From NCBI RefSeq assembly GCF_001194135.2, contig NC_069001.1, positions 7,734,473 to 7,781,099 on the forward strand: DNA of 46,627 nucleotides, read 5' to 3'. The notes under the pieces were generated by a model. It saw only the letters and a list, made by a program, of their open reading frames with translations. It made no database searches and had not been told where the DNA came from. Below are positions 1 to 11,633 of the stretch, piece after piece. The number at the start of each line of letters is the position of its first letter. The stretch's first letter is position 1. Source of the DNA: Octopus bimaculoides. Lineage: Eukaryota. The translations under genes and the position numbers were made by a program.

Positions 1-28
<28 letters not shown>

Positions 29-34
<6 letters not shown>

Positions 35-210
35 CAGAAAAACAAAAGACGAATACAGGTGTATAAACAACAGGTGTATTAGTTTAACGCTCGGAAAGCT
101 GAGAAAGTCTTTTACATTTCGAGCCTACGCTCTTCAACAGAAAGGAACACGAGGAAATAAACAGAGAGAGAATAAAAAAAACTTTTGGAGCTAGCGGTCA
201 ATCATGGCTG
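29..210 (-). mobile_element. Penelope-like terminal-repeat (pLTR) remnant with hammerhead-like motif, next to (TA)n
   Basis: Reverse complement aligns with 30212-30415; minus strand reads CTTT-CTGTTGAA-GAGC-gtag-GCTC-GAAAT-GTA-AAAG (109-145). Confidence 0.6.
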
Positions 211-221
211 CTGGCTGTGAT

Positions 222-249
<28 letters not shown>

Positions 250-252
<3 letters not shown>

Positions 253-392
253 ACGTTTCCTTTCAGTTTTCGTCTACCAAATCTACTCACAAGGTTTTGA
301 TCAGCTCGAGACTATAGTAGAAGATACCTGTTGAAAGTACCACGCAGTGGCACTGAACCCGAAACCATATGGTTGGGAAACAAGCTTCTTAG
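250..392 (-). mobile_element. SINE family A, 5' half (tRNA-like head)
   Basis: Similar to the head of the full-length copy at 6292-6630 (cagttttcgtctaccaaat...cactgaacccgaaaccatatggttggg). Confidence 0.8.
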
Positions 393-852
393 TACTGAAA
401 GTTACAACGTTTCATTTACGAATACGTCTATTGTTAGCCTTTCTGTTACGCTTTTATTTAAGCATGTCCTCGTTAAGTGTTTTGGCCTGTCATCTGTCCT
501 TGTACGGTTACTGGATAAACACATACACACAGAAAGAACTGCAACATCTACCGCCAGACATAGTAGTAAGATGAATACTTCAAACAATAAGTACCGAACG
601 ACAACTGTCGTCTAATCCGCTTGCTATAAGACTAGGACGGCACGATCAGCGCTGGCCTTGGGCTGCATAACAAACAACAATAACTGCAGCCCAGGGGAGC
701 TAAATCAGGTACACGTTCGTATAATGAAGCTATGTCTTTATTTAACAACATTAACAAACCACAAAAGCTTTATCATTGTAATATTGGACAAAACCACTGA
801 CTCAACACCGTTTCATTTTATATTCACGAACATTTCACATACTGAATGGTTG

Positions 853-896
<44 letters not shown>

Positions 897-1907
897 TGTG
901 TGTATATATATACATATATATATATATANNNNNNNNNNNNNNNNNNNNNNNNNNNNNNNNNNNNNNNNNNNNNNNNNNNNNNNNNNNNNNNNNNNNNNNN
1001 NNNNNNNNNNNNNNNNNNNNNNNNNNNNNNNNNNNNNNNNNNNNNNNNNNNNNNNNNNNNNNNNNNNNNNNNNNNNNNNNNNNNNNNNNNNNNNNNNNNN
1101 NNNNNNNNNNNNNNNNNNNNNNNNNNNNNNNNNNNNNNNNNNNNNNNNNNNNNNNNNNNNNNNNNNNNNNNNNNNNNNNNNNNNNNNNNNNNNNNNNNNN
1201 NNNNNNNNNNNNNNNNNNNNNNNNNNNNNNNNNNNNNNNNNNNNNNNNNNNNNNNNNNNNNNNNNNNNNNNNNNNNNNNNNNNNNNNNNNNNNNNNNNNN
1301 NNNNNNNNNNNNNNNNNNNNNNNNNNNNNNNNNNNNNNNNNNNNNNNNNNNNNNNNNNNNNNNNNNNNNNNNNNNNNNNNNNNNNNNNNNNNNNNNNNNN
1401 NNNNNNNNNNNNNNNNNNNNNNNNNNNNNNNNNNNNNNNNNNNNNNNNNNNNNNNNNNNNNNNNNNNNNNNNNNNNNNNNNNNNNNNNNNNNNNNNNNNA
1501 CACACACACACACACACACACACACAAGCATTTGAGTAGACAGCAACGCATCCAAAATGACAACAACAATTTCAAGGCAACACCAAACTGATATCTTCGT
1601 TTTATGAAAGGAAAAACGATCCCCTCAAAAAAGCACACAAAAAAATATCTGGTTTTGCAGCAGAAGACAAAAATTGTATGGAAACTCCCAAGAGAGCTTG
1701 AAGAAAAAAAAATAATTGATAAATTTCCAAAGATATATATGATTAGATTGCAGAAATAGTAATACGACTGCTAACAACGTTTAGACGAGTAATAGCGATG
1801 AATATATTATGCATAGTGATACAACTGTTGACTGCAAACATAAGAAAATCTATTCTAAAGTAATTAAAGGCCGCGAAAGAATGAAAAATGAAGTCCACTG
1901 TCGTATT

Positions 1908-2297
1908 ATGGTTGTTGATGGCACTTCGTCGCTTACGACGTCAAGTGTTCCAGTTGATCCGATCAACGGAACAGCCTGCTCGTGAAATTAACGTGCAAGT
2001 GGCTGAGCACTCCACAGATACGTGTACCCTTAACATAGTTCTCGGGGATATTCAGCGTGACACAGTGTGACAAGGCTGGCCCTTTGAGTTAAAGGCACAA
2101 CAGAAACAGGAAGTAAGAGTGAGAGAAAGTTGTGGTGAAAGAGTACAGCAGGGTTCGCCACCATCCCCTGCCGGAGTCTCGTGGAGCTTTGGGTGTTTTC
2201 GCTCAATAAACACTCACAACGCCCGGTCTGGGAATCGAAACCGCAATCCTATGACCGCGAGTCCGCTGCCCTAACCACTGGGCCATTGCGCCTCCAC
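1908..2297 (-). mobile_element. SINE family C, full length (tRNA head, RTE-like tail ending in CAA repeats)
   Basis: Minus strand begins GTGGAGGCGCAATGGCCCAGTGG (A box) ...GTTTCGATTCC (B box); body nearly identical to 11361-11633; tail ends gtgccatcaacaac. Confidence 0.85.
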
Positions 2298-2814
2298 CAT
2301 CGAATGGCTCGGAGGGGTATATCAGTAAAATAGAAATGAAAGAAGTCCATAGATAAAAAAATTTTTTTAAATGGTTGAGAAAAGCTGGTTTACTATTTAC
2401 TATAACACTTAGTGAATGATCAGGACTTTCAAGTCACGTGTTTGACTGAAGTACCGTAATTCTCAGCTGCAGACGACAACATATAAAGACAGTAGCGTAT
2501 ACTATACACTTCTAGAGTAATTACTATTTAATGGTAAATAATAATTTCAGCTTACTGAATGTAGATCCGTTGGTGTTATTATTGCGCTCTTTAGCAATTA
2601 AAATAAACGTTACTTGAAAATTTCTTTTATTAGCGATTAAAACCTTCGACAAAGTACTGTATTTTTGACATCTTAACTCATAAATATTTTATAAATTTCA
2701 ACTCTGGCGTTAATTATGCTTAACAACTCAATTTTTATTGATAATAAAAACGTGTGTGATTGATTGATTAGAGTTTAAAATCCTTCGAAATATCGCTGTA
2801 AATTCTGTTTTATT

Positions 2815-3060
2815 TCTTTACTTGTCTCTGTCATTGGACACCGTCTTGAAGGGGTTTGGTCGAACGGACTCCGGTGCTTATTTTCAAATCTGGTATTTAT
2901 TCTATACGTCTCTTTTGCCGAACTGCTAAGTTACTGAGGCGTAAACAAAGCTGGCTGTGAAGTAGGGATGGGGAAACACGCACATAGAAAAACGCGCGCG
3001 CGCGTACACACTCACACACACACACACACACACACACATGACGAGTTTCCACACAATTTC
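2815..3060 (-). mobile_element. SINE family A, diverged 3' half with internal (CA)n
   Basis: tttacttgtctctgtcattgga...tcttttgccgaactgctaagtta matches the family A body. Confidence 0.7.
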
Positions 3061-3061
3061 C

Positions 3062-3279
3062 TATTTCTTTATTGCATACAAGGGGCTAAACATAGAGGGG
3101 ACAAACAAGGTTAGACAAAGGGATTAAGTCGGCTCTATTGACTCCAGTGCGTAACTGGTACTTAATTTATCGACCCCGAAAGGATGAAAGGCAAAGTCGA
3201 CCTCGGCGGAATTTGAACTCAGAACGTAACGGCAGACGAAATACCGATTTCTTTATTACCCATAAAAGGCTATACAAAG
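3062..3279 (-). mobile_element. SINE family B, 5'-truncated copy plus the tail of a second tandem copy running into a gap
   Basis: Reverse complement of the 29069-29295 copy; the tail atttctttatt...ggct recurs at 3247. Confidence 0.85.
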
Positions 3280-5015
3280 ANNNNNNNNNNNNNNNNNNNN
3301 NNNNNNNNNNNNNNNNNNNNNNNNNNNNNNNNNNNNNNNNNNNNNNNNNNNNNNNNNNNNNNNNNNNNNNNNNNNNNNNNNNNNNNNNNNNNNNNNNNNN
3401 NNNNNNNNNNNNNNNNNNNNNNNNNNNNNNNNNNNNNNNNNNNNNNNNNNNNNNNNNNNNNNNNNNNNNNNNNNNNNNNNNNNNNNNNNNNNNNNNNNNN
3501 NNNNNNNNNNNNNNNNNNNNNNNNNNNNNNNNNNNNNNNNNNNNNNNNNNNNNNNNNNNNNNNNNNNNNNNNNNNNNNNNNNNNNNNNNNNNNNNNNNNN
3601 NNNNNNNNNNNNNNNNNNNNNNNNNNNNNNNNNNNNNNNNNNNNNNNNNNNNNNNNNNNNNNNNNNNNNNNNNNNNNNNNNNNNNNNNNNNNNNNNNNNN
3701 NNNNNNNNNNNNNNNNNNNNNNNNNNNNNNNNNNNNNNNNNNNNNNNNNNNNNNNNNNNNNNNNNNNNNNNNNNNNNNNNNNNNNNNNNNNNNNNNNNNN
3801 NNNNNNNNNNNNNNNNNNNNNNNNNNNNNNNNNNNNNNNNNNNNNNNNNNNNNNNNNNNNNNNNNNNNNNNNNNNNNNNNNNNNNNNNNNNNNNNNNNNN
3901 NNNNNNNNNNNNNNNNNNNNNNNNNNNNNNNNNNNNNNNNNNNNNNNNNNNNNNNNNNNNNNNNNNNNNNNNNNNNNNNNNNNNNNNNNNNNNNNNNNNN
4001 NNNNNNNNNNNNNNNNNNNNNNNNNNNNNNNNNNNNNNNNNNNNNNNNNNNNNNNNNNNNNNNNNNNNNNNNNNNNNNNNNNNNNNNNNNNNNNNNNNNN
4101 NNNNNNNNNNNNNNNNNNNNNNNNNNNNNNNNNNNNNNNNNNNNNNNNNNNNNNNNNNNNNNNNNATAGTATCAAATGCGAATGTGTATGAAATATCAAT
4201 GAATGATATAGATTGGAAATGCAAAAAAAAAAAAAAAAAATTTTTTCAAAACAGTCAATAATTTTGTAGTTAAAATTTGCAATTTATGACAAAATGTACT
4301 CTAGAAATTAGCCAGAACTACTAATAACAAACTTTAACTACTAAATATTGTTAAACACATCGCTTCAAATGCAATGTATATAAAGCAATTCACTTTAAAT
4401 ACAAAGAACAACCCGCAGTGAGACTGTTTTTAGCAGATCCCCAAATAGGGGTCATGGCAGCCGATGAGGTTAACTGGAAATATTCTTGACGACTTCACAG
4501 AATTCACGTTTTGGGCTCACAGCGATTGTAAAGAGCTCTGTGCTCCTGCTGTTTACCGCTCTATAAATAAAGATAACGCATTTAATATCCGAACTATGTG
4601 TCAATCCCATATTTTGAAGAGATATTTGCAGGCTTAAAAGCCAACGTGTAGACCGCAACTTATAGGTGTATGTGTGAGCGTGCGTATCACAGTATGCTGC
4701 ATGTACATCTTTATATCAATCTATGCTAGATTACATTTAAACTCACGAGAATTGAGCGAACGCTGTATCAGATATCTATATTACATGTATTGGATGACAC
4801 ACACATATTCATATACATATTTTTAATGTTCTTTCATTTTCCACATAGATATTGTCATATCTAATTCTAAATTTTTCATTGGACACTTTCAGCGATAAAT
4901 TCCCCATTTTTGGATCAGCCAAAAGGAATGGTGAGCAGCACGTATCTCCACACACACACACACACGTGTGTGATTGGTGATGCAACTGTAACTTCTGCCG
5001 GTTATTAACGAGATA

Positions 5016-5026
5016 GATTAGATAAG

Positions 5027-5092
<66 letters not shown>

Positions 5093-5196
5093 CGCACACA
5101 CAGAAAGGATGTCAGATTATAGAGCATGTATNNNNNNNNNNNNNNNNNNNNNNNNNNNNNNNNNNNNNNNNNNNNNNNNNNNNNNNATTAGATAAG

Positions 5197-5260
<64 letters not shown>
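5016..5260. repeat. (ATAG)n microsatellite, present twice across a 55-N gap
   Basis: Direct reading; the flanking unique sequence is also duplicated, so this is probably an assembly artefact. Confidence 0.9.
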
Positions 5261-5262
<2 letters not shown>

Positions 5263-5581
5263 CGCACACACAGAAAGGATGTCAGATTATAGAGCATGTA
5301 TATGTGAGGGAGAGGAAATTTCAGCCATTTATACATGCACAACACTAACAAAAAGGAGAGAAAAAAAAAGACAAAACTATTGCATATAGAGCAATATTTA
5401 TTTGAGGAACTAAAAAGCATCTGCGCCCTACCCCCACCTCTCTCTTCAACCATTCATACATGAAACAGCACACAACTGATAGAGGAGGTAAGGGGGGGGG
5501 ACCCAATCCGTACTTTATGTCCTGAAGTAAATTGAGATAACAGATAAAGTAGCAAGAAGGGAGTAGGTCGAGATATTAATA

Positions 5582-5624
<43 letters not shown>

Positions 5625-6046
5625 TGTGTGTGTGTGTGTGTGTGTGTATACATATTATATAAGATATACATTATATATATATNNNNNNNNNNNNNNNNNN
5701 NNNNNNNNNNNNNNNNNNNNNNNNNNNNNNNNNNNNNNNNNNNNNNNNNNNNNNNNNNNNNNNNNNNNNNNNNNNNNNNNNNNNNNNNNNNNNNNNNNNN
5801 NNNNNNNNNNNNNNNNNNNNNNNNNNNNNNNNNNNNNNNNNNNNNNNNNNNNNNNNNNNNNNNNNNNNNNNNNNNNNNNNNNNNNNNNNNNNNNNNNNNN
5901 NNNNNNNNNNNNNNNNNNNNNNNNNNNNNNNNNNNNNNNNNNNNNNNNNNNNNNNNNNNNNNNNNNNNNNNNNNNNNNNNNNNNNNNNNNNNNNNNNNNN
6001 NNNNNNNNNNNNNNNNNNNNNNNNNNNNNNNNNNNNNNNNNNNNNN

Positions 6047-6280
6047 ACACATATATATATAATATACATATATAATATACACATATATATATAATATACA
6101 TATATATAATATACATATATATAATATACACATATATATATAATATACATATAATATACACATATATATAATATACATATATAATATACACACATATATA
6201 TATATATAATATACATATAATATACACACATATATATATATATATAATATACATATATAATATATACATATATATATAAT
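6047..6280. repeat. AT-rich minisatellite (catatatatataatata-like unit)
   Basis: Repeated acatatatatataatat units of variable length. Confidence 0.9.
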
Positions 6281-6291
6281 TTCTTTTATCT

Positions 6292-6630
6292 TTCTTTTAC
6301 TTGTTTCAGTCATTTGACTGCGGCCATGCTGGAGCATCGCCTTTAGTCGAGCAAGTCAACCCCAGGACTTATTCTTTGTAAGCCTAGTACTTATTCTATC
6401 GGTCTCTTTTGCCGAACCTCTATTGTTACAGGGACGTAAACACAGACACATGAACATATATATACGCGACGGGCTTCTTTCAGTTTCCGTCTGCCAAATC
6501 CACTCACAAGGCTTTGGTCGGCCCGAGGCTATAGTAGAAGACACTTGCCCAAGATGCCATGCAGTAGGACTGAACCCGGAACCATGTCGTTGGTAAGCAA
6601 GCTACTTACCACACAGCCACTCCTACGCCT
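6292..6630 (-). mobile_element. SINE family A, near full length with an internal deletion
   Basis: Minus-strand head aggcgtaggagTGGCTGTGTGGtaag...GGTTCAGTCC (A/B boxes), then ttgggcaagtgtc; tail of gtaaaaga repeats. Confidence 0.9.
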
Positions 6631-6699
6631 ATACAGATTGCTTTAGTGTCATTTTGTCTCCACTTTCAGTCTTTCATACAAGCATAGGGAGTAAATTCA

Positions 6700-6800
6700 G
6701 CGTGGCTTGCACGATTTGCTAGAAATAACAGCTAAATCTGTTCTCCCTCTCAAAGTACACCATACGTTAAAAAATAAAACAAAAGTAAATGGATAATTCA
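6700..6800 (+). mobile_element. Interspersed repeat family E fragment
   Basis: Core gctagaaataacagc(t/c)aaatc..ctcaaa recurs at about 14695 (+), 15805 (-), 17672 (+), 28320 (-) and 42468 (+). Confidence 0.6.
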
Positions 6801-7819
6801 TATTGGATGTTGTACGATGAGATGCTCAAAATTCCTAGCCTTAAGGTTATCGCGAAAGGCGTGATTGGAGGGCTTTAGAAAACTGACGGACCGCTGCAAT
6901 AAGTGTGTGAATCTGGGAAGGGGAAGATGTTGAATAAAATCATATTTTGGCGATCCTCCTGTATTTTCTTTTACCCAAGCCAGGAACTTTTTAGCTCCCC
7001 CCCCTCATAATCGTGAGAATACGAAAAGAAAAAAGAGGAAAAAGGCAGGATGGCCACGGTCAAAACAGCTCTTAGTGGAAATATTGGATCTTAGTGGAAA
7101 TATTGGATCGTGGGACTAAGCAACAAGGATAGTCATACATAACTATACATACGCATTGAAACCCTGTAAGAGATAGAGAGCCCTTCCAACCGCTCTGGCC
7201 CCGCTCCACTCAACGTTAATACTTTGTTAAAAGGTAGACAGACTCTGTATTATAANNNNNNNNNNNNNNNNNNNNNNNNNNNNNNNNNNNNNNNNNNNNN
7301 NNNNNNNNNNNNNNNNNNNNNNNNNNNNNNNNNNNNNNNNNNNNNNNNNNNNNNNNNNNNNNNNNNNNNNNNNNNNNNNNNNNNNNNNNNNNNNNNNNNN
7401 NNNNNNNNNNNNNNNNNNNNNNNNNNNNNNNNNNNNNNNNNNNNNNNNNNNNNNNNNNNNNNNNNNNNNNNNNNNNNNNNNNNNNNNNNNNNNNNNNNNN
7501 NNNNNNNNNNNNNNNNNNNNNNNNNNNNNNNNNNNNNNNNNNNNNNNNNNNNNNNNNNNNNNNNNNNNNNNNNNNNNNNNNNNNNNNNNNNNNNNNNNNN
7601 NNNNNNNNNNNNNNNNNNNNNNNNNNNNNNNNNNNNNNNNNNNNNNNNNNNNNNNNNNNNNNNNNNNNNNNNNNNNNNNNNNNNNNNNNNNNNNNNNNNN
7701 NNNNNNNNNNNNNNNNNNNNNNNNNNNNNNNNNNNNNNNNNNNNNNNNNNNNNNNNNNNNNNNNNNNNNNNNNNNNNNNNNNNNNNNNNNNNNNNNNNNN
7801 NNNNNNNNNNNNNNNCAAC

Positions 7820-7850
<31 letters not shown>

Positions 7851-8148
7851 TCTAAGCTGTGTGCGAGACAAGAGTTAAAATGATGGGAGTTGGGGAGGAA
7901 ATGTATGAAAGTGGTATTTATGTGCTTCCATAACTTGCCGGTTGGGCTTATCGTTCGTTCTCAATTAAAGCAACTTCACCTAACCCTCATATTGAAAAGA
8001 GAAAACGCTTTCCCCTCCTACCCTCCCTTACTGAATATTTCATCGTCCCTTTATCAGAATGAATGAATGAATGAATGAATGAATGAATGAAATATAAGTA
8101 GATTTCATTCATATTTCATTTCACCCATTGTCTTTCTCTTTCTTTCCT

Positions 8149-8500
8149 AAATTTCTCGATCTTATTAATCTACCTGTAAGATTTATTTATCTCGAGCGGA
8201 TCGATATTCGTTCTTATTGAAAGCATTGTTGTCCCTTTTACCTGCAACAGAATATAAGAACATACCTGTGTTTCATTAATTTTTCATTTATTCAATTTCT
8301 CGATCTTATTAATCTACCTGTAATAACAGGTAAAATATCTATTTACATATTTATTTCCATGTCTCTCTCCAATTATCTATTTGTCCTTACTGAATGCATC
8401 GTCATCCCTTAACCCACATTTATTTCATTAAATTTTAATTCATTCACTATCTTTCTCCTTTCTTTCCCAATTTCTCGATCTATTAAATCTACCTGTAGTT
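8149..8500. repeat. Three diverged tandem copies of a 145-175 bp unit
   Basis: aatttctcgatct(t)attaatctacctgta at about 8150, 8295 and 8468. Confidence 0.75.
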
Positions 8501-8758
8501 ACACGTAAATATCTATCTAAATATTATCTGCCTATATGTCCATTTATCTATTTGTCTATCTGTCCGCCTACTCAACCACAAATTTATTCAACAGTTGTCA
8601 AGTGTCTGCTCTCTTATCTTATTATCTTATCCACCTGTTTATTCAACTCTTAACTTATCCATATTGCCTATTATTCTCAAGGTTTGTCTTTCATACTCCG
8701 CCGGTCACTATTTAGTCAACAACTTGTCTATCTAGCCATTTTCCTTTCCATTCTCTGT

Positions 8759-8950
8759 CTACTGCATCATCTGCAGACGAATACCATCTACCACTTGTCT
8801 CCAAAATTCCTTCTTCCACATTACTCTTGTTAACTTGCTCTTCGGTAGTCCAGAGTTTTCAACCAGTCGGTCAATAAATGTCCTGCCAGGACGACTCCCA
8901 TGAAGCTTTCTAGATGTTGGTTCACACATCAGCATTTGAATCGCCCCTTC
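8759..8950 (-). pseudogene. RTE-clade LINE 3'-end remnant
   Basis: Minus frame 8935-8759 reads MLMCEPTSRKLHGSRPGRTFIDRLVENSGLPKSKLTRVMWKKEFWRQVV, resembling the RTE C-terminal pattern LLWEP..G.R.RGRP..TYID.L..DTGL...WR (recalled). Confidence 0.6.
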
Positions 8951-8958
8951 ATCCTTGT

Positions 8959-9118
8959 CAGGGCCGGCCCTAAGGTTGCTGGCGCCCCAGACAAACTGAA
9001 CTTCGCCGTGTACAAGCTGACGGTCGTAGAAATTACGTTGTCTTTGTCACGCTCTCCTTGGCGCCCCCTAGCACATGGAGCCCCGGGCGACTGCCTGAGT
9101 GGCCGGCCCCGATCCCTG
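8959..9118. mobile_element. GC-rich MITE with CAGGG termini, hAT-like
   Basis: Starts cagggccggccc, ends ggccggccccgatccctg; internal ggcgcccc motifs; no TSD seen. Confidence 0.55.
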
Positions 9119-9139
9119 CTACGAAAGCAGTGTCTACAG

Positions 9140-9430
9140 CAGGGGTTTACAAACTTTTTGACTCGCGGACCCCTTTATATTTCAGGCTTTACCTTAGCGA
9201 CCCCCTTATAAACGCTTATGAAATTTATACATAAATATTTGCTTAAAATAACATTTTTACATTTATTTATTTAACAGTATTTAACAAATAGGTTTATTGT
9301 CAATTAAAAGATTTCGATTAAAAAACATATGAAATCAAATTGCCCATAAAAAGTATTTGCTGTCCACGGACCCCCTGACTTGTCTTTGCGGACCCCCTGT
9401 GGTCCGCGGACCACAGTTTGAAAACCCCTG
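9140..9430. mobile_element. hAT (Charlie-type) MITE, 291 bp
   Basis: TIR caggggtttacaaact / agtttgaaaacccctg (15/16); perfect 8-bp TSD gtctacag at 9132-9139 and 9431-9438. Confidence 0.92.
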
Positions 9431-9650
9431 GTCTACAGGATCTGAAAGCAGCACTTAACATCAAATGGAAGTCTCATACAACAAAGTAGGTTCTTTATGG
9501 TAATCTTTCCAAGTGTTATCTCCACCATAATAGAAAGAAGATGGAAGACTGTGGACACTATCTCGGTTGGCGAAAATGTATTCCGTCCATCCCCACGCTC
9601 CAGCCATGACAGAAAGTCAGCTGACCACTGTAAGTTACTGAAACGCCAGT
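9431..9650 (+). pseudogene. RTE-clade LINE remnant interrupted by the hAT MITE
   Basis: Reads LKAALNIKWKSHTTK*VLYGNL, then by frameshift VISTIIERR, resembling RTE MLR.ALNISW..H.T...LYG.LP...IRERR; has a stop and frameshifts. Confidence 0.55.
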
Positions 9651-9799
9651 CAGTTAAACACCATTGCTTTTTCTTGCTCAGATCGGTGAACTATGCCTCC
9701 ACGTTACATTATTAACTAAACAGAGAGGCTCCAATGTGCTTATTCGATCTACTACAAGTTCTCACTCACAGATACCCAATATCTTTGTCGCGCCAGCGT

Positions 9800-10236
9800 T
9801 CTTTTACTCTTTTATTTGTTTCAGTCATTTGACTGCGGCCATGCTGGAGTCATGACTGCGGCCATGAGTCGAGCAAATCGACCCCAGGACTTAACCTTTT
9901 GTAAGCCTAGTACTTATCCTATCGGTCTCTTTTGCCGAACCGCTAATTTACGGGGACGTAAACACACCAGCATCGGTTGTCAAGCGATGTTGGGGGGGAT
10001 AAACACAGACACTCAAACATACATACACACACACACACATATATATATATACATATACATATATACGACGGGCTTCTTTCTGTCTCCGTCTACCAAATTG
10101 ACTCACAAAGCATTGGTCGTCCTCGGAGTTATAGTAAAGGACACTAGCCTGGGGGGGGGGGTCGTGCACAGTAGGACTGAACCCGAAACCATGTGGTTGC
10201 AAAGCGGGTTTCTTAACCACACAGCCGTGCCTGCGC
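9800..10236 (-). mobile_element. SINE family A, full length
   Basis: Colinear with 6292-6630; internal (CA)n(TA)n; small internal duplication of gactgcggccatg. Confidence 0.9.
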
Positions 10237-10640
10237 ATAAAAATAAAATTTCCAATCAATATTTAATATTTAGTTACACTGCTCGCGATTCCGAGATCAA
10301 ACCCAGTCACAGTCACCCGTAGATTACATCCGGCCACGTTCGAGATATTCAAAGAATGGGGACAAATCAATAAAACACATCACAATCCCTGTCAACATTT
10401 TAGCTTTTGTGCCCAAGAATGGTAGTCGTGTGTCGACAGCCGTTGGAAAGTATTTACTTAATGCTTGAGGTCAAATTACGCTGAAATCGATAAAACAAAC
10501 ATTTTGCTTGTTCGGCAATCAACATAGTAAGATCTAAAATGTAATCTTGATCTCCAATCTAACGTAGAAAATTGTATGAATGGAAGGTTATTTACTAGTT
10601 CAAATATGCTTGGGGTACGTTCGAACCCGTAAGAAAGTCA

Positions 10641-11001
10641 TTGGCGATCTTACGGTACGAGTCCTAAATATCGGCCTTTTCCGTAAAAAGTGTCTTCAGC
10701 GATCTTTACCAAAGATCGGTCTTTTCCGTAACACCCGCACGATCTTCACTACGGTGTTAGGGTTAGGGTTTTAGTGTCAGGGTTAGGATTTTAGGGTTTG
10801 TGTTAGGGACGGAATTCCCTAACGCAAACCCTAAAACCCAAACCCTAACCGCAAACCTAACCCTAACCCTAACTCTAAACTTTTCAAAATAAATCGCGCT
10901 CTTTGTATATCTTTCGCTGTTATGACGTCGTTTCCCTGTTTCTATCCAACACTTTTTACGGAAAAGGCCGATATTTAGGACTCGTACCGAAAGATCGCCA
11001 A
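10641..11001. mobile_element. MITE with 53-bp TIRs and internal inverted telomere-like arrays
   Basis: TIRs 10641-10693 and 10949-11001 match 52/53; TTAGGG-like run 10757-10808 faces CCCTAA-like run 10817-10879. Confidence 0.85.
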
Positions 11002-11187
11002 GTTATTTATTGTGTTTTGTTATGGAGAAAATTTCTCGCTGTAGACAAATGGTGTAAATACAACAAAGTCAGCTCGCAGCACTACCTACACAGATTGTAA
11101 GATGTAAGCACTTCGGAGTGGTTATCTCCTCTTTAGTCACAGAAACTGGAAAAAAATGCGCCACGAGACACATCCCTGCTTAGCGCT

Positions 11188-11355
11188 GAGAGAAACTCTC
11201 ATAAGGACTTCTGGTACGTAAAAGCACTCGAAATTATATCGTTAACAGGCGAGAATCAACTGCTACGGTCGCCAGAACTACCTAATCACGTGGTCTATCA
11301 AAGATCTAGTTCCGAATACGTTTATGCACCAAAACTCCTCATGAGAGTTTCTCTC
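11188..11355. repeat. 20-bp inverted repeat pair enclosing 128 bp
   Basis: gagagaaactctcataagga (11188-11207) vs reverse complement of 11336-11355, 19/20. Confidence 0.7.
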
Positions 11356-11360
11356 TCAAG

Positions 11361-11633
11361 GTTTGTTGTTGGCACTCCGTCGCTTACGACGTCGAGGGTT
11401 CCAGTTGATCCGATCAACGGAACAGCCTGCTCGTGAAATTAACGTGCAAGTGGCTGAGCACTCCACAGACACGTGTACCCTTAACCGTAGTTCTCGGGGA
11501 TATTCAGCGTGACACAGAGTGTGACAAGGCTGACCCTTTGAATTACAGGTACAACAGAAACAGGAAGTAAGAGTGAAAAAAAAAGTTGTGAAAGAGTACA
11601 GCAGGGTTGGCCACCATCCCTTGCCAGAGACTC
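11361..11633 (-). mobile_element. SINE family C, 3' part running into a gap
   Basis: Near-identical to 1908-2180; tail ggagtgccaacaac on the minus strand. Confidence 0.9.

Noticed and set aside
2220-2297. Functional tRNA genes at SINE heads
   Set aside because: A/B boxes are present, but there is no full cloverleaf and the sequence continues into SINE bodies.
5016-5301. Apparent 115-bp direct duplication
   Set aside because: Identical sequence on both sides of a 55-N gap indicates unmerged contig overlap.
7071-7108. Perfect 19-bp tandem duplication cttagtggaaatattggat
   Set aside because: An ordinary slippage duplication with no associated element.
10757-10879. Ancestral telomere-telomere fusion site
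   Set aside because: The arrays are short, degenerate and enclosed by near-perfect TIRs; a transposon interior is the simpler reading.
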